This document shows positions 10,614 through 19,233 of a stretch of 64,000 nucleotides of DNA, piece by piece. Below the pieces are notes generated by a model that saw only the letters and a list, made by a program, of their open reading frames with translations, searched no databases and was not told where the DNA came from. Every line of letters begins with the position of its first letter. The first letter of the stretch is position 1. Source of the DNA: Deltaproteobacteria bacterium (GTDB taxonomy: Bacteria > Desulfobacterota > Binatia > UBA12015); NCBI GenBank assembly GCA_046583355.1, contig JAYGCM010000069.1, positions 32,001 to 96,000 on the forward strand. The letters are read 5' to 3'. A program made the position numbers and the translations under genes.

Positions 10614-10738
10614 CCCCTTCGGGTGGAGTTCCGCGTTTTGCCCGCAGGGCCTGCGCGCCGGTGCAGCGAACGCCTCCGGGCCGCCATGCCGGAGACATTC
10701 GCCGTTCACGCACCCGGCGCGATGGTGGGAAGGAGCAC

Positions 10739-10756
10739 CCCGGAGGGTTCCTGGTG
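10739..10756 (+). repeat. 18-bp motif CCCGGAGGGTTCCTGGTG, exact copy 1
   Basis: Identical to 12080-12097; 16/18 variants at 5049-5066 and 8672-8689. Confidence 0.75.
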
Positions 10757-10798
10757 ATTCTCCGGATTCTCCTGGTGATTCTCCGTCTCCCTCCGCCT

Positions 10799-12013
10799 CT
10801 ACGTCGCGCCCTCAGCGCCGGGAAGCAGAACATCAGCGATGGTCTCGGCGACGACGCGATTTGCGTCGGGGTGCAGATGCACCCAGCTGAGCAAGAGATC
10901 GCGTCGGTCGTCGAGTGCCGCTCGGGCATCGGCAAGCGGAATGCCATTCTCGGCGGTCCAATCCGCCAACCCTTCGACGAGACGATCATGGATCAACATC
11001 ACGCGTGCACCGTCGTAGATTTGCGCGATCGCCGCAAAAGGCGAAAGCACTGGGTGTTGGGCACTGCCCGGGCCGGCCGTGCCGGCTCCTACGGCGGCGC
11101 GAACAATATCGACCTCTTCGGCGTAAGTGATGCCCTTGAGTTCAGGTGTGTCCACCAGGTGCGACTTCAGCTGTTGCGTGACGACCACGAGCCTGCCGCC
11201 AGCAGCGCGGACTGCCGCGTCGAGCTTCGCTAGATTGCCGATAAACATCGCTTCTCGCTCATTGACGAGTTCTTCGCTCCAGAGAAAACCCTCTGAGCTC
11301 GGGAGTGCCGGAAAGCGATGTTGTGCCAGGGCGGCGACCACGAAGTGACGCGCCAGAAAGCGTATGGCGCCCGCAAGCGCACCGGTTTGGGAACGGGAGA
11401 TCACGCTGTCGTTGGCGCCTGCATAGACCGTGACCCAATCGGGTGCGAGCGGGGCTCCCTCGGCCTGAAACATCGCCAGGATGTTCGCGCTATTGGCATG
11501 CGGAATTGCGAAGTTGATGACTTCCCAGGCAGTTCCATCGCGCGCATTCAGAATTTCCTGGAGCTGGACCGGATAGGTCTGGTGGTCACGATTCCGATAA
11601 CCGAAGGTCGACGACGCGCCCATCGTCAATACACGCGTTTCCCCAGGCGCCTTGGCTTGGTGAAAATCCTGGCCCCGAAATCCGCGGGAGTTGATCCTTA
11701 CGGGGTATCGGGTCTCGCCATCGGGACCCAGGATGACCTTCTTTTCGCCCGGGAAATACTTGGTGTAGGCCACCACGTCGGAATCGCTCCTGACCTCGTT
11801 TTCGTGTACCTGAACGAGATTCATCTTCCGCGACCATTGCGCCATGGCAGCGATCTTGTTGCGATGCCAAGGTGTGCCGTACCAATAGATCTTGGGGCCG
11901 ACGAAGCTTGCGAAATAAGCACGTGTCCCAAGTTCGGCGAGCAGCAGCGAGAAGAGCAGCGCCCCCAGCAATAGTCCGATCTTCCAGCGCTTCTCGTTGC
12001 GTGCCGATAGCAT
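10799..12013 (-). CDS. Membrane-anchored SGNH/GDSL hydrolase-like protein
   Basis: N-terminal TM helix; INSRGFRG, MGASSTFG, AGAND and WVHL motifs. Confidence 0.75.
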   Translation of the reverse strand: MLSARNEKRWKIGLLLGALLFSLLLAELGTRAYFASFVGPKIYWYGTPWHRNKIAAMAQWSRKMNLVQVHENEVRSDSDVVAYTKYFPGEKKVILGPDGETRYPVRINSRGFRGQDFHQAKAPGETRVLTMGASSTFGYRNRDHQTYPVQLQEILNARDGTAWEVINFAIPHANSANILAMFQAEGAPLAPDWVTVYAGANDSVISRSQTGALAGAIRFLARHFVVAALAQHRFPALPSSEGFLWSEELVNEREAMFIGNLAKLDAAVRAAGGRLVVVTQQLKSHLVDTPELKGITYAEEVDIVRAAVGAGTAGPGSAQHPVLSPFAAIAQIYDGARVMLIHDRLVEGLADWTAENGIPLADARAALDDRRDLLLSWVHLHPDANRVVAETIADVLLPGAEGAT

Positions 12014-12079
12014 GAGGTCTTCTATCACGCGGCATGTCGGAAGATCGAACCAAGAGGAATCGGCTTGGTTTTCAGCTAT

Positions 12080-12097
12080 CCCGGAGGGTTCCTGGTG
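12080..12097 (+). repeat. 18-bp motif CCCGGAGGGTTCCTGGTG, exact copy 2
   Basis: Identical to 10739-10756; followed by two degenerate ccggagg..tggtggytgc units. Confidence 0.75.
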
Positions 12098-12155
12098 GTT
12101 GCCGGTGCCGGAGGTGGTGGCTGCCGAGGCTTGGTGGTTGCGCGGTCTTTCGACG

Positions 12156-13455
12156 TCAGCCGGCCGGGGCGGAAGTCGCCGCTTTGGTGCTCCCCTTGGC
12201 ACGCCCGCGTTGCGTGACCGCCTGATAGAGCTCGTCGAACGACGCTTGCAGGCACTCGGCGTAGAACCCCGGGTCGGGCATCTGTTGTCGGCATGCAGTG
12301 ATTGCGACGCTGATCTGGCCCGAGCAGCTGAAGACGGGGTGGATCAATCCCATCCCGTCCATCACCGGGCCCATGCCGTGCAGGGCCACCATGCGAGCCC
12401 CGACTGCCTCGGCCGTGGCCTTGGATGCCCGAGTTCCCTGCTGGACAAGGCGCAGCCGCTCGACGGGATCTGCCTCGTTGGAATAAAGCGTCACCGACAT
12501 CACGGATATCTGGTTGCCGGCGACGTTCTTATCATCCTCGCTACGCACCGAGATCGGTGCCATGGCAACCAGGGATTCGTCCGGCAATTAGCCGTGCGCC
12601 GTGAGGTAGCGCCGTAGCGAACCGCTACAGAGCGCCAGAATCACGTCGTTGACTGTCGCTCCGGGAGCGCCGTGGCGGATCTCGCGAATATCGTCGAGCG
12701 AGAACGAACGTCCGTCGACGACCCGATGCGGTGAGACCAGGCCGTTGAAGCGGGTTCGCGGTACCGGTCCCGAATTCTCTACGTCGATGGTGGATGAGCC
12801 GCGCAGCAGCTTGCTCACTCCCGGCGCGACACGTCGCACGGCGCGCGCGAAGCGCAGCGGGTCGCGCACCAGGCTGCCGGCGTACATCGAACTGAGCTGC
12901 AAAACGCTCGGATCGGGTTCGGGCCTCCACTCCTCCTGGGGCGGCGGCGTGCCTTCGACCTCCAGATCGTGAATCGCGGCCGTGAGCTCAGCGCCCGATA
13001 CACCATCGATCGCCGCGTGGTGAATTTTGGTGAGCACGGCGAAGCTGCCCGGCGGTACTCCCTCGACGTTGTCGAGGCCCTCGATCACGTACATCTCCCA
13101 GAGGGGCCTTGTGAGATCGAGAGGGCGTGCATGGATCCGCGCCACATTGGATGCAAAGCTGGCGCCAATCGCCCGGACTTGGCAGCGCGATATGGCGTAC
13201 GTGAAATTCGAGATCGAACTCCGGGTCTTCGATCCAATAGGGGTGATCGAGATCGAGCGGCACATGGACAATCTTTTGCCGGAAGCAACGCGCCAGATGA
13301 AGTCGACTCTCGATGTTGGCAAGGATGCCCTTGAAGGTCACCCGCCCGTCGGGCGCTGAGGACTGATCGTAGATCGCGAACGAGCCGATATGCGTCGGCG
13401 CATTTCGCGTCTCGAAGTAGAGAAAGGAAGCATCCATCCCGCTGAGTTGTTGCAT
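12156..13455 (-). pseudogene. Wax ester synthase/diacylglycerol acyltransferase (WS/DGAT) pseudogene
   Basis: LSGMDASFLY start and HHAAIDG active site, split over three ORFs: frameshift near 13148, in-frame TAA at 12588-12590, apparent internal deletion near 12395. Confidence 0.85.
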
Positions 13456-13558
13456 GTCTATCTACTGAGCTGCCCCGTAATTGGGGAGCCCATCAATACC
13501 GACACTTTTCCTTCCGAGACAAACCCGACTGCGCTTCTGGGAGCGCGGAGGCGCAAGA

Positions 13559-14566
13559 TTATTGCTTCTCGGCGACGATTCTCCAGTTCAAGTCGGCAAT
13601 TTTGGCCTTTTCCGCATCGGTCCAGGCTTGCCCGCCTTTTTGCAGAAGGTCGAGTGATTCCTCGACCCATGGATCGAGAACGCGAATCGTCTCAAGGGCA
13701 CGAATGACGCGCCGTCCCATCAAAATCAGGTCGCGCTTCTGCTCGCATAGCGGCCAGGCCTCGCTTCGCGAAGGCGCCGAGACGAGGATGCGAAACCCGG
13801 CTCTTTCCAGAGCGGCGCAGACGTCGGCCGGATACATCGATTGGGTGGCCGCCAGGGTGGGCAGGAAGGCTCGGTGAAGCGCGAGATGTTCTTCGTTCTG
13901 CCAATCGAAATGAGGCGTCAATAGATATTCCGAGCAGGCGTATCGCGCGCCGGGTTTCAGTACGCGGTGCATCTCTTGCGCATGCGCATCCAACTCTTCT
14001 TTTTTGAAGAAGGGCCAGACGGCCTGGAAGGAAAAGCATCCGTCAAAGGTTTCGGGTTCGTATTCGAGCGGGTTGTGATGGTTGCCGACCTGGAAGTGGA
14101 GTCGGTCGGTCATGTCGCATTCCGTGGCCCAATCGACCGCGTTCTCGATCTGGTTTGGGTCGATATTGTAGCCCGATACCTGGCCGCCGGTGAGCGTGGC
14201 GAAATAATGTGAGATCCGCCCTCGGCCGCAGCCCATATCCAATAGATGGGACTCTTTGGGGTTGGGCAGGTTCAGTTCCTTCAGCACGGCTTGTTCGCAG
14301 AGCAGCTGATTCCCATAGAGGCCCTCGGATTCATCGAGCTGGGGCGGAATATAGAGTTTCTCCAGATCGAAGATCGACAACATATTGTTCAAGACCTTGT
14401 AATAATCCGCCACGGCGCGCGTCTCGTCTGCGGTCTCGGTCTGCTCACCGGCTTGCATCCGTTGAAAGAATTTATACGCGTCAACGCAGGCTTTTTTGTC
14501 CTCTTCGGGCAAGGTTGCCAGGCGCTTCACGCCGACGAATGCCGTTTTGATTCTGTACCAATCCAC
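13559..14566 (-). CDS. Class I SAM-dependent methyltransferase, sterol-methyltransferase-like
   Basis: LLDMGCGRG motif I, RVLKPG and EYLLTPHFDWQNEEH. Confidence 0.8.
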   Translation of the reverse strand: MDWYRIKTAFVGVKRLATLPEEDKKACVDAYKFFQRMQAGEQTETADETRAVADYYKVLNNMLSIFDLEKLYIPPQLDESEGLYGNQLLCEQAVLKELNLPNPKESHLLDMGCGRGRISHYFATLTGGQVSGYNIDPNQIENAVDWATECDMTDRLHFQVGNHHNPLEYEPETFDGCFSFQAVWPFFKKEELDAHAQEMHRVLKPGARYACSEYLLTPHFDWQNEEHLALHRAFLPTLAATQSMYPADVCAALERAGFRILVSAPSRSEAWPLCEQKRDLILMGRRVIRALETIRVLDPWVEESLDLLQKGGQAWTDAEKAKIADLNWRIVAEKQ

Positions 14567-14588
14567 TTTAATATTTCCTTGACTAGTT

Positions 14589-15177
14589 ATGGCGCGGACC
14601 CTTCGTCCGCTACAATCCGATGGTAAACCAAAAGGTGCAGCTGCGCACGAAGACCTGCTGGGCGCACCTCATCGGTCGCCAGACGTGGCCGTAGCGGCGT
14701 TGGCCGGGCCCTTGGCTATCGAGGAGGATGATGGCGAAGAGGTCGAACTCGGCGCGATCGCCGCGGCCGCAGCGGCTGCTCTGGAGACGCTGCCGGGTGC
14801 GATTGCCGCCAATGCCGACACGCGCGAGGTCGTGGCTGTGGCCGAGGCGGAACTGCCTGCGTTCGACGCCCTCGGCCGCCGAGATCGCCGGGTCCGTTGC
14901 CTGCGACGCGGGCCAGGCGCTGGATCTGCTCGAGATCGTGCAACGTCCCGACGCGATTTTCATCGACCTGGCGCTCGAAGGCGGCCAGGGGCTCGCGCTC
15001 GCCGCGCAACTCCGCAGCGACAACGCGACCGCTAGCGTCCCGCTCTTTCTGCTGCTCCCGGCTTCTCTCGACCCTTCCCGCCTACGCGCCGACGCCGAGG
15101 CCGCAAGCCTGCTCGGACCCTACGGAGCCAACGAAATTCGCTGCCTCATCGGCGCATCTCTGCGCTCAGACGCATAG
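14589..15177 (+). pseudogene. Response-regulator receiver-like protein with apparent frameshift
   Basis: Receiver-like C-terminal part (QALDLL...PDAIFIDLAL..GQGL.LAAQLR.D...VPLFLL) is +1 relative to the ATG ORF; switch near 14875. Confidence 0.5.
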
Positions 15178-15272
15178 AGGCTCGGCCGGAAAGAGCGTTT
15201 TCCCTCTTCGATTGGTAACCACTCGGCACGGTAGTCGGCGATCCACGTCGGTGCCGCAGGAGCGTGAAATCC

Positions 15273-16616
15273 ATGGCCGATTCGAAGAAGAAAACTAAAG
15301 GCAGTCCGTCTGAAGACAAGATGGAGCGCATCGTCAATCTCTGCAAAAGACGGGGGCTCGTCTTTCCCTCGAGTGATATCTACGGCGGGCTGGCGAGTTG
15401 CTGGGATTACGGCCCGATCGGTGTGGAGCTCAAACGCAACGTCAAAGAGGCCTGGTGGCGCGAGATGGTATGGGCGCGCGGCGATATCGTCGGCATGGAT
15501 TGTTCCATCCTGATGCACCCGCGGGTCTGGGAGGCCTCCGGCCATATCGATGGCTTCAGCGACCCTCTGGTCGATTGCAAGAAGTGCAAGAAGCGCTATC
15601 GCACGGATCACCTCGAATCGACCACGACCTGCCCGGATGCGAAATGCGGCGGCGAACTCACCGAGTCTCGCAACTTCAACCTGATGTTCAAGACCTTCAT
15701 GGGCCCGGTCGAGGAGTCGGCCAACGCCGTCTTCATGCGCCCCGAGACGGCGCAGGGCATGTTCGTCAATTTCTCGAATGTGCTCGATACACAGCGCGTG
15801 AAGCTGCCTTTCGGTATCGCTCAGATCGGCAAATCTTTCCGCAACGAGATCACGCCGGGCAATTTCCTTTTCCGTACGCGCGAATTCGAGCAGATGGAGA
15901 TGGAGTTCTTCGTCCAGCCTGAGGACGAAGCAAAATGGTACGAATACTGGAAGAACGAGCGCTACGATTGGTATCTCCGCCTCGGAGTCAAGAAGGAAAA
16001 TCTGCGGCTGCGTGAGCATGCGAGTGATGAGCTCGCGCATTATGCGCGCGGCTGCGCGGACGTCGAATACCTCTTTCCTTTCGGTTGGTCCGAGCTCGAA
16101 GGCATCGCCAGCCGCACGGATTTCGACCTCGGCAAGCATTCCGAGTTCAGCGGCAAGGATCTGAGTTATTTCGACGAGACGAAAAAGGAGCGCTACCGCC
16201 CCTTCGTCATCGAGCCCGCCGCCGGCGCGGACCGCGCGACCCTGGCCTTCCTGGTCGATGCCTACGACGAAGAAGAGATCGATGGCGATATGCGCATCGT
16301 GCTGCGCCTGCATCCGCGGCTCGCGCCGGTGAAGGTCGCCATCCTGCCGCTGCTGCGTAAATTGGGTCAGCCAGAGAAGGCTCGCGAGATCCACGCAAAG
16401 CTGCGCCCGAATATGGTCACGCAATACGATCAATCCGGCTCGATCGGCCGTCGCTACCGGCGCCAGGACGAAATCGGCACGCCCTTCTGTGTGACGATCG
16501 ATCATCAGACCATGGAAGATGGCACGGTTACCGTGCGCGACCGCGACGAGCTCAGCCAGGACCGCGTCCACGAAGACGATCTCCAGGGCGAATTGATGAA
16601 ACGCCTCTTTGGCTAA
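15273..16616 (+). CDS. glyQS: Glycine--tRNA ligase, alpha2 type
   Basis: WDYGPIG, RPETAQG, FRNEITP..FRTREFEQME and GSIGRRYRRQDEIGTP motifs. Confidence 0.97.
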   Translation: MADSKKKTKGSPSEDKMERIVNLCKRRGLVFPSSDIYGGLASCWDYGPIGVELKRNVKEAWWREMVWARGDIVGMDCSILMHPRVWEASGHIDGFSDPLVDCKKCKKRYRTDHLESTTTCPDAKCGGELTESRNFNLMFKTFMGPVEESANAVFMRPETAQGMFVNFSNVLDTQRVKLPFGIAQIGKSFRNEITPGNFLFRTREFEQMEMEFFVQPEDEAKWYEYWKNERYDWYLRLGVKKENLRLREHASDELAHYARGCADVEYLFPFGWSELEGIASRTDFDLGKHSEFSGKDLSYFDETKKERYRPFVIEPAAGADRATLAFLVDAYDEEEIDGDMRIVLRLHPRLAPVKVAILPLLRKLGQPEKAREIHAKLRPNMVTQYDQSGSIGRRYRRQDEIGTPFCVTIDHQTMEDGTVTVRDRDELSQDRVHEDDLQGELMKRLFG

Positions 16617-16672
16617 AGAATCGGCCGAAAAGTAGGGCTATCTCCGAGCGGCGCGGGTGCCGGCCCGGCTCG

Positions 16673-17734
16673 TCAAAGAATGACGGGTTCGGGATGCAGC
16701 TGGATGCCGAAGTCGGCGGCCACCTTGGCCTGGATCTCGTCGGCCAAGGCGAGGAGTTCGCAGGTGGTGCCGCCGCCATGGTGGACCAGCGCGAGGCTGT
16801 GGCGAGATGAGATGCCGACGGCGCCGCGGCGCATTCCCTTTCGGAAGCCGGCTCTTTCGATCAGCCAGGCGGCCGGAATCTTGGCAAAGCCGTTCGGGGC
16901 CGCAAAGCGTGGCAGCGACTCCTCGTCGGAGAGGACACCGATAGCGCGCGCGCGCTGCTCCAATGCGTCGGCCTCGCTGGGGCGCAGGAGCGGGTTCAAG
17001 AAGAACGAGCCGGCGCTGCGACGATTCTCATCGCCCGGGTCCAGCAGCATCGATTTCTTCCGGCGCAGCGCAAGAACCGTCTCGCGCACACGCGCCGGCG
17101 TGAGTGGAGCTTCGCCAGCCACGGCGCGCGCCAGTTCCGGGTAGGCGATGGTTGGTGTGGCGCCGCGCGCGAGCTGAAGTTCGACCGCCACGACAATACC
17201 GGGGATTTCGCCGCGCTTGAGCGCGCTGGTGCGGTAGCCGAAGCCACATTCCTCATTGGTGAGGATACGTGTCGCGCCGCTGCGGCGATCGGTCAGATGC
17301 ACCGCCACCAGCGTGGCCGAAATTTCCTGGCCATAGGCGCCGATATTCTGCACCGGCGCGGCTCCTACTCGCCCGGGAATGCCGGAGAGACATTCGATGC
17401 CTTGCAGGCTTTCGGCTGCGGCCGCAGCGACTACGTCGTCCCAGATCTCACCTGCGTGGATCCGCCAGAGTTCGCCGGATGGGGTCGCTATGCGCTCGAT
17501 TCCGCGCAGCCCGATCTGGATCACCAGACCGCCGACCCCGGCATCGGCAACCACCAGATTCGAGCCGCCGCCCAGGATCGTCACCGCAAGGTTGCGTGTG
17601 GCGGCCCATTGCAGGCCGTAGCGCAGCGCGTCGTCGTCGGTGGCTTCGTAGAAGAACTCCGCATCCCCGCCGAGTTGGAGCGTCGTATAGGCGCTCAGGT
17701 CCACTCCCTTGCGGATTTCGGGGCCCCGACTCAT
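16673..17734 (-). CDS. murB: UDP-N-acetylenolpyruvoylglucosamine reductase
   Basis: LGGGSN, GIPG.VGAAPVQNIGAYG, FGYRTS, SAGSFFLNP and LHPEP motifs. Confidence 0.95.
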   Translation of the reverse strand: MSRGPEIRKGVDLSAYTTLQLGGDAEFFYEATDDDALRYGLQWAATRNLAVTILGGGSNLVVADAGVGGLVIQIGLRGIERIATPSGELWRIHAGEIWDDVVAAAAAESLQGIECLSGIPGRVGAAPVQNIGAYGQEISATLVAVHLTDRRSGATRILTNEECGFGYRTSALKRGEIPGIVVAVELQLARGATPTIAYPELARAVAGEAPLTPARVRETVLALRRKKSMLLDPGDENRRSAGSFFLNPLLRPSEADALEQRARAIGVLSDEESLPRFAAPNGFAKIPAAWLIERAGFRKGMRRGAVGISSRHSLALVHHGGGTTCELLALADEIQAKVAADFGIQLHPEPVIL

Positions 17735-17762
17735 CTCCGCCTCATAGCAAGGATTGGCGCGG

Positions 17763-18992
17763 CTAGAGACCCGGCCCCTGGCGGCGGCGGGCCCAGGCGA
17801 TCGCGGGCTCTTCCAGGAAGCGCCGTGAGAGCCATCCACAAAAGAGTGAGGAGGGGATTACCAGGGTGATCATCCAGGCGAAGGCGGCGTCACCGCGTCC
17901 GCTCACCCAGCCGAGCGTCTGGCCGAAGAGCAGAATCAGGGGGAAATGCCAGAGAAAGGCACCGTAGCTCACATCGCCGAGCCAGCGCGCCAGTGGATTC
18001 GCCATCGGCCATTGGCCGGCGCGCGAGGCGAGCGCGCTGAGGGTGATGAGGGCGGCGAAGGCCGCCGCTGGAACCATATCGCCGAGGTAGCGCTGGTAGA
18101 GCCCGTTCGGCGCGGCCGATTCGCGGCTGCCATATTCGATCATGGTGACCACCAGCGCGGCCAGGGCCAGCAACTGGGCCGCGCCGATGCCGCGGAGTCT
18201 TCCGGCGTTGCGTGTCCTCCAGAGCCGCACATAGAGGAAGGCCGCCATCATGCCGAAGGAGAAATGCGCGAAATAGCCTGGAAATTGGGCGGCCAGACGC
18301 GGCCCCGCACCCGACATCGCACCGCTGGCGCCGACCAATTCGGCCAGAGCCGGAAGGTTCCAGGCGGCCGCCCGAAGCAATAAGGCGCTGCCGATGCCGA
18401 GCAGGAAACCGAGCAGCGGCCGACGAAAATAGAAGGCGGCGATCAGGGGCAGGGTGGCGTAGAAGAGGACCTCGACCGAGAGCGACCAAAGAGTGCCGTT
18501 TACCCCGAAGCCCATCACGGCTCCGTTGAAGCCCAGGCCGCGGACGAACCATTTGGGCGTTTCATGCTGGAGAAAAAGGAGGTGGGAGGCGAGCACGACA
18601 AGCCCGCCGGTGCTGCGGAAGGGGGAGGCGAATCGGGTGAGCAGGGGTGTGAGGGCGGCCTGAATCAGGATGGCGAAATAATAGGCTGGGGCGATGCGCG
18701 CGATGCGGCGGCGGATGTAGGCGCGCAAATCACCGAACGAGCCGCCGCTGCGCACCACCGGCAAGAAGAGCACGAAGCCGCTTAGAACAAAGAAAAAATC
18801 GACACCGAGTCCGCCGGCGATCAGCAGCGCGCGCAACGGCCCGCGGTCGAGCGGCGCATCCGTCATCAGCCAGCAATGGAAGATCGCCACGAGCAGGGCG
18901 GCCATGCCGCGGAAGCCGTCGAGCACGGGGATATGCGCCGGTGCGGGCTCCATGCGGGCCGCGTCGGCAGGGTTCTCTTGCTCCTCGGCCAT
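17763..18992 (-). CDS. Acyltransferase family 3 (OafA-like) membrane protein
   Basis: LDGFRG, GVDFFFVLSGF, WSLSVEVLFY and GDVSYGAFLWH motifs. Confidence 0.9.
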   Translation of the reverse strand: MAEEQENPADAARMEPAPAHIPVLDGFRGMAALLVAIFHCWLMTDAPLDRGPLRALLIAGGLGVDFFFVLSGFVLFLPVVRSGGSFGDLRAYIRRRIARIAPAYYFAILIQAALTPLLTRFASPFRSTGGLVVLASHLLFLQHETPKWFVRGLGFNGAVMGFGVNGTLWSLSVEVLFYATLPLIAAFYFRRPLLGFLLGIGSALLLRAAAWNLPALAELVGASGAMSGAGPRLAAQFPGYFAHFSFGMMAAFLYVRLWRTRNAGRLRGIGAAQLLALAALVVTMIEYGSRESAAPNGLYQRYLGDMVPAAAFAALITLSALASRAGQWPMANPLARWLGDVSYGAFLWHFPLILLFGQTLGWVSGRGDAAFAWMITLVIPSSLFCGWLSRRFLEEPAIAWARRRQGPGL

Positions 18993-19233
18993 TGCGCATG
19001 CGCAATTCGCAGGTCGCTTATGCGAAGTCCAGAGGTCGGTTCGGACGATTGGCGGCGGATCGCGGCCGTCGCTTGCCGTCTCCGGCGGGCACCGCGGTGC
19101 GTGAAGCGCAGAAAGGCTGCTCTTTTTCCGCGGTAATCGTGGCAGCTATGGCAGGCGCTTGGTAGGCGTTTGCGCTTACGGCTGGCGCAAGAGAGCGCCG
19201 CTTAGGCCTGATTTCATAGGGGATACGACCGAA

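Noticed and set aside
10664..10756. Integron attC site
   Set aside because: AAC/GTT ends and bulges are present, but the RYYYAAC/GTTRRRY boxes and L-box spacing do not fit, and there is no integrase
5049..12097. CRISPR array built from the 18-bp repeat
   Set aside because: Copies are kilobases apart and separated by genes; no cas genes
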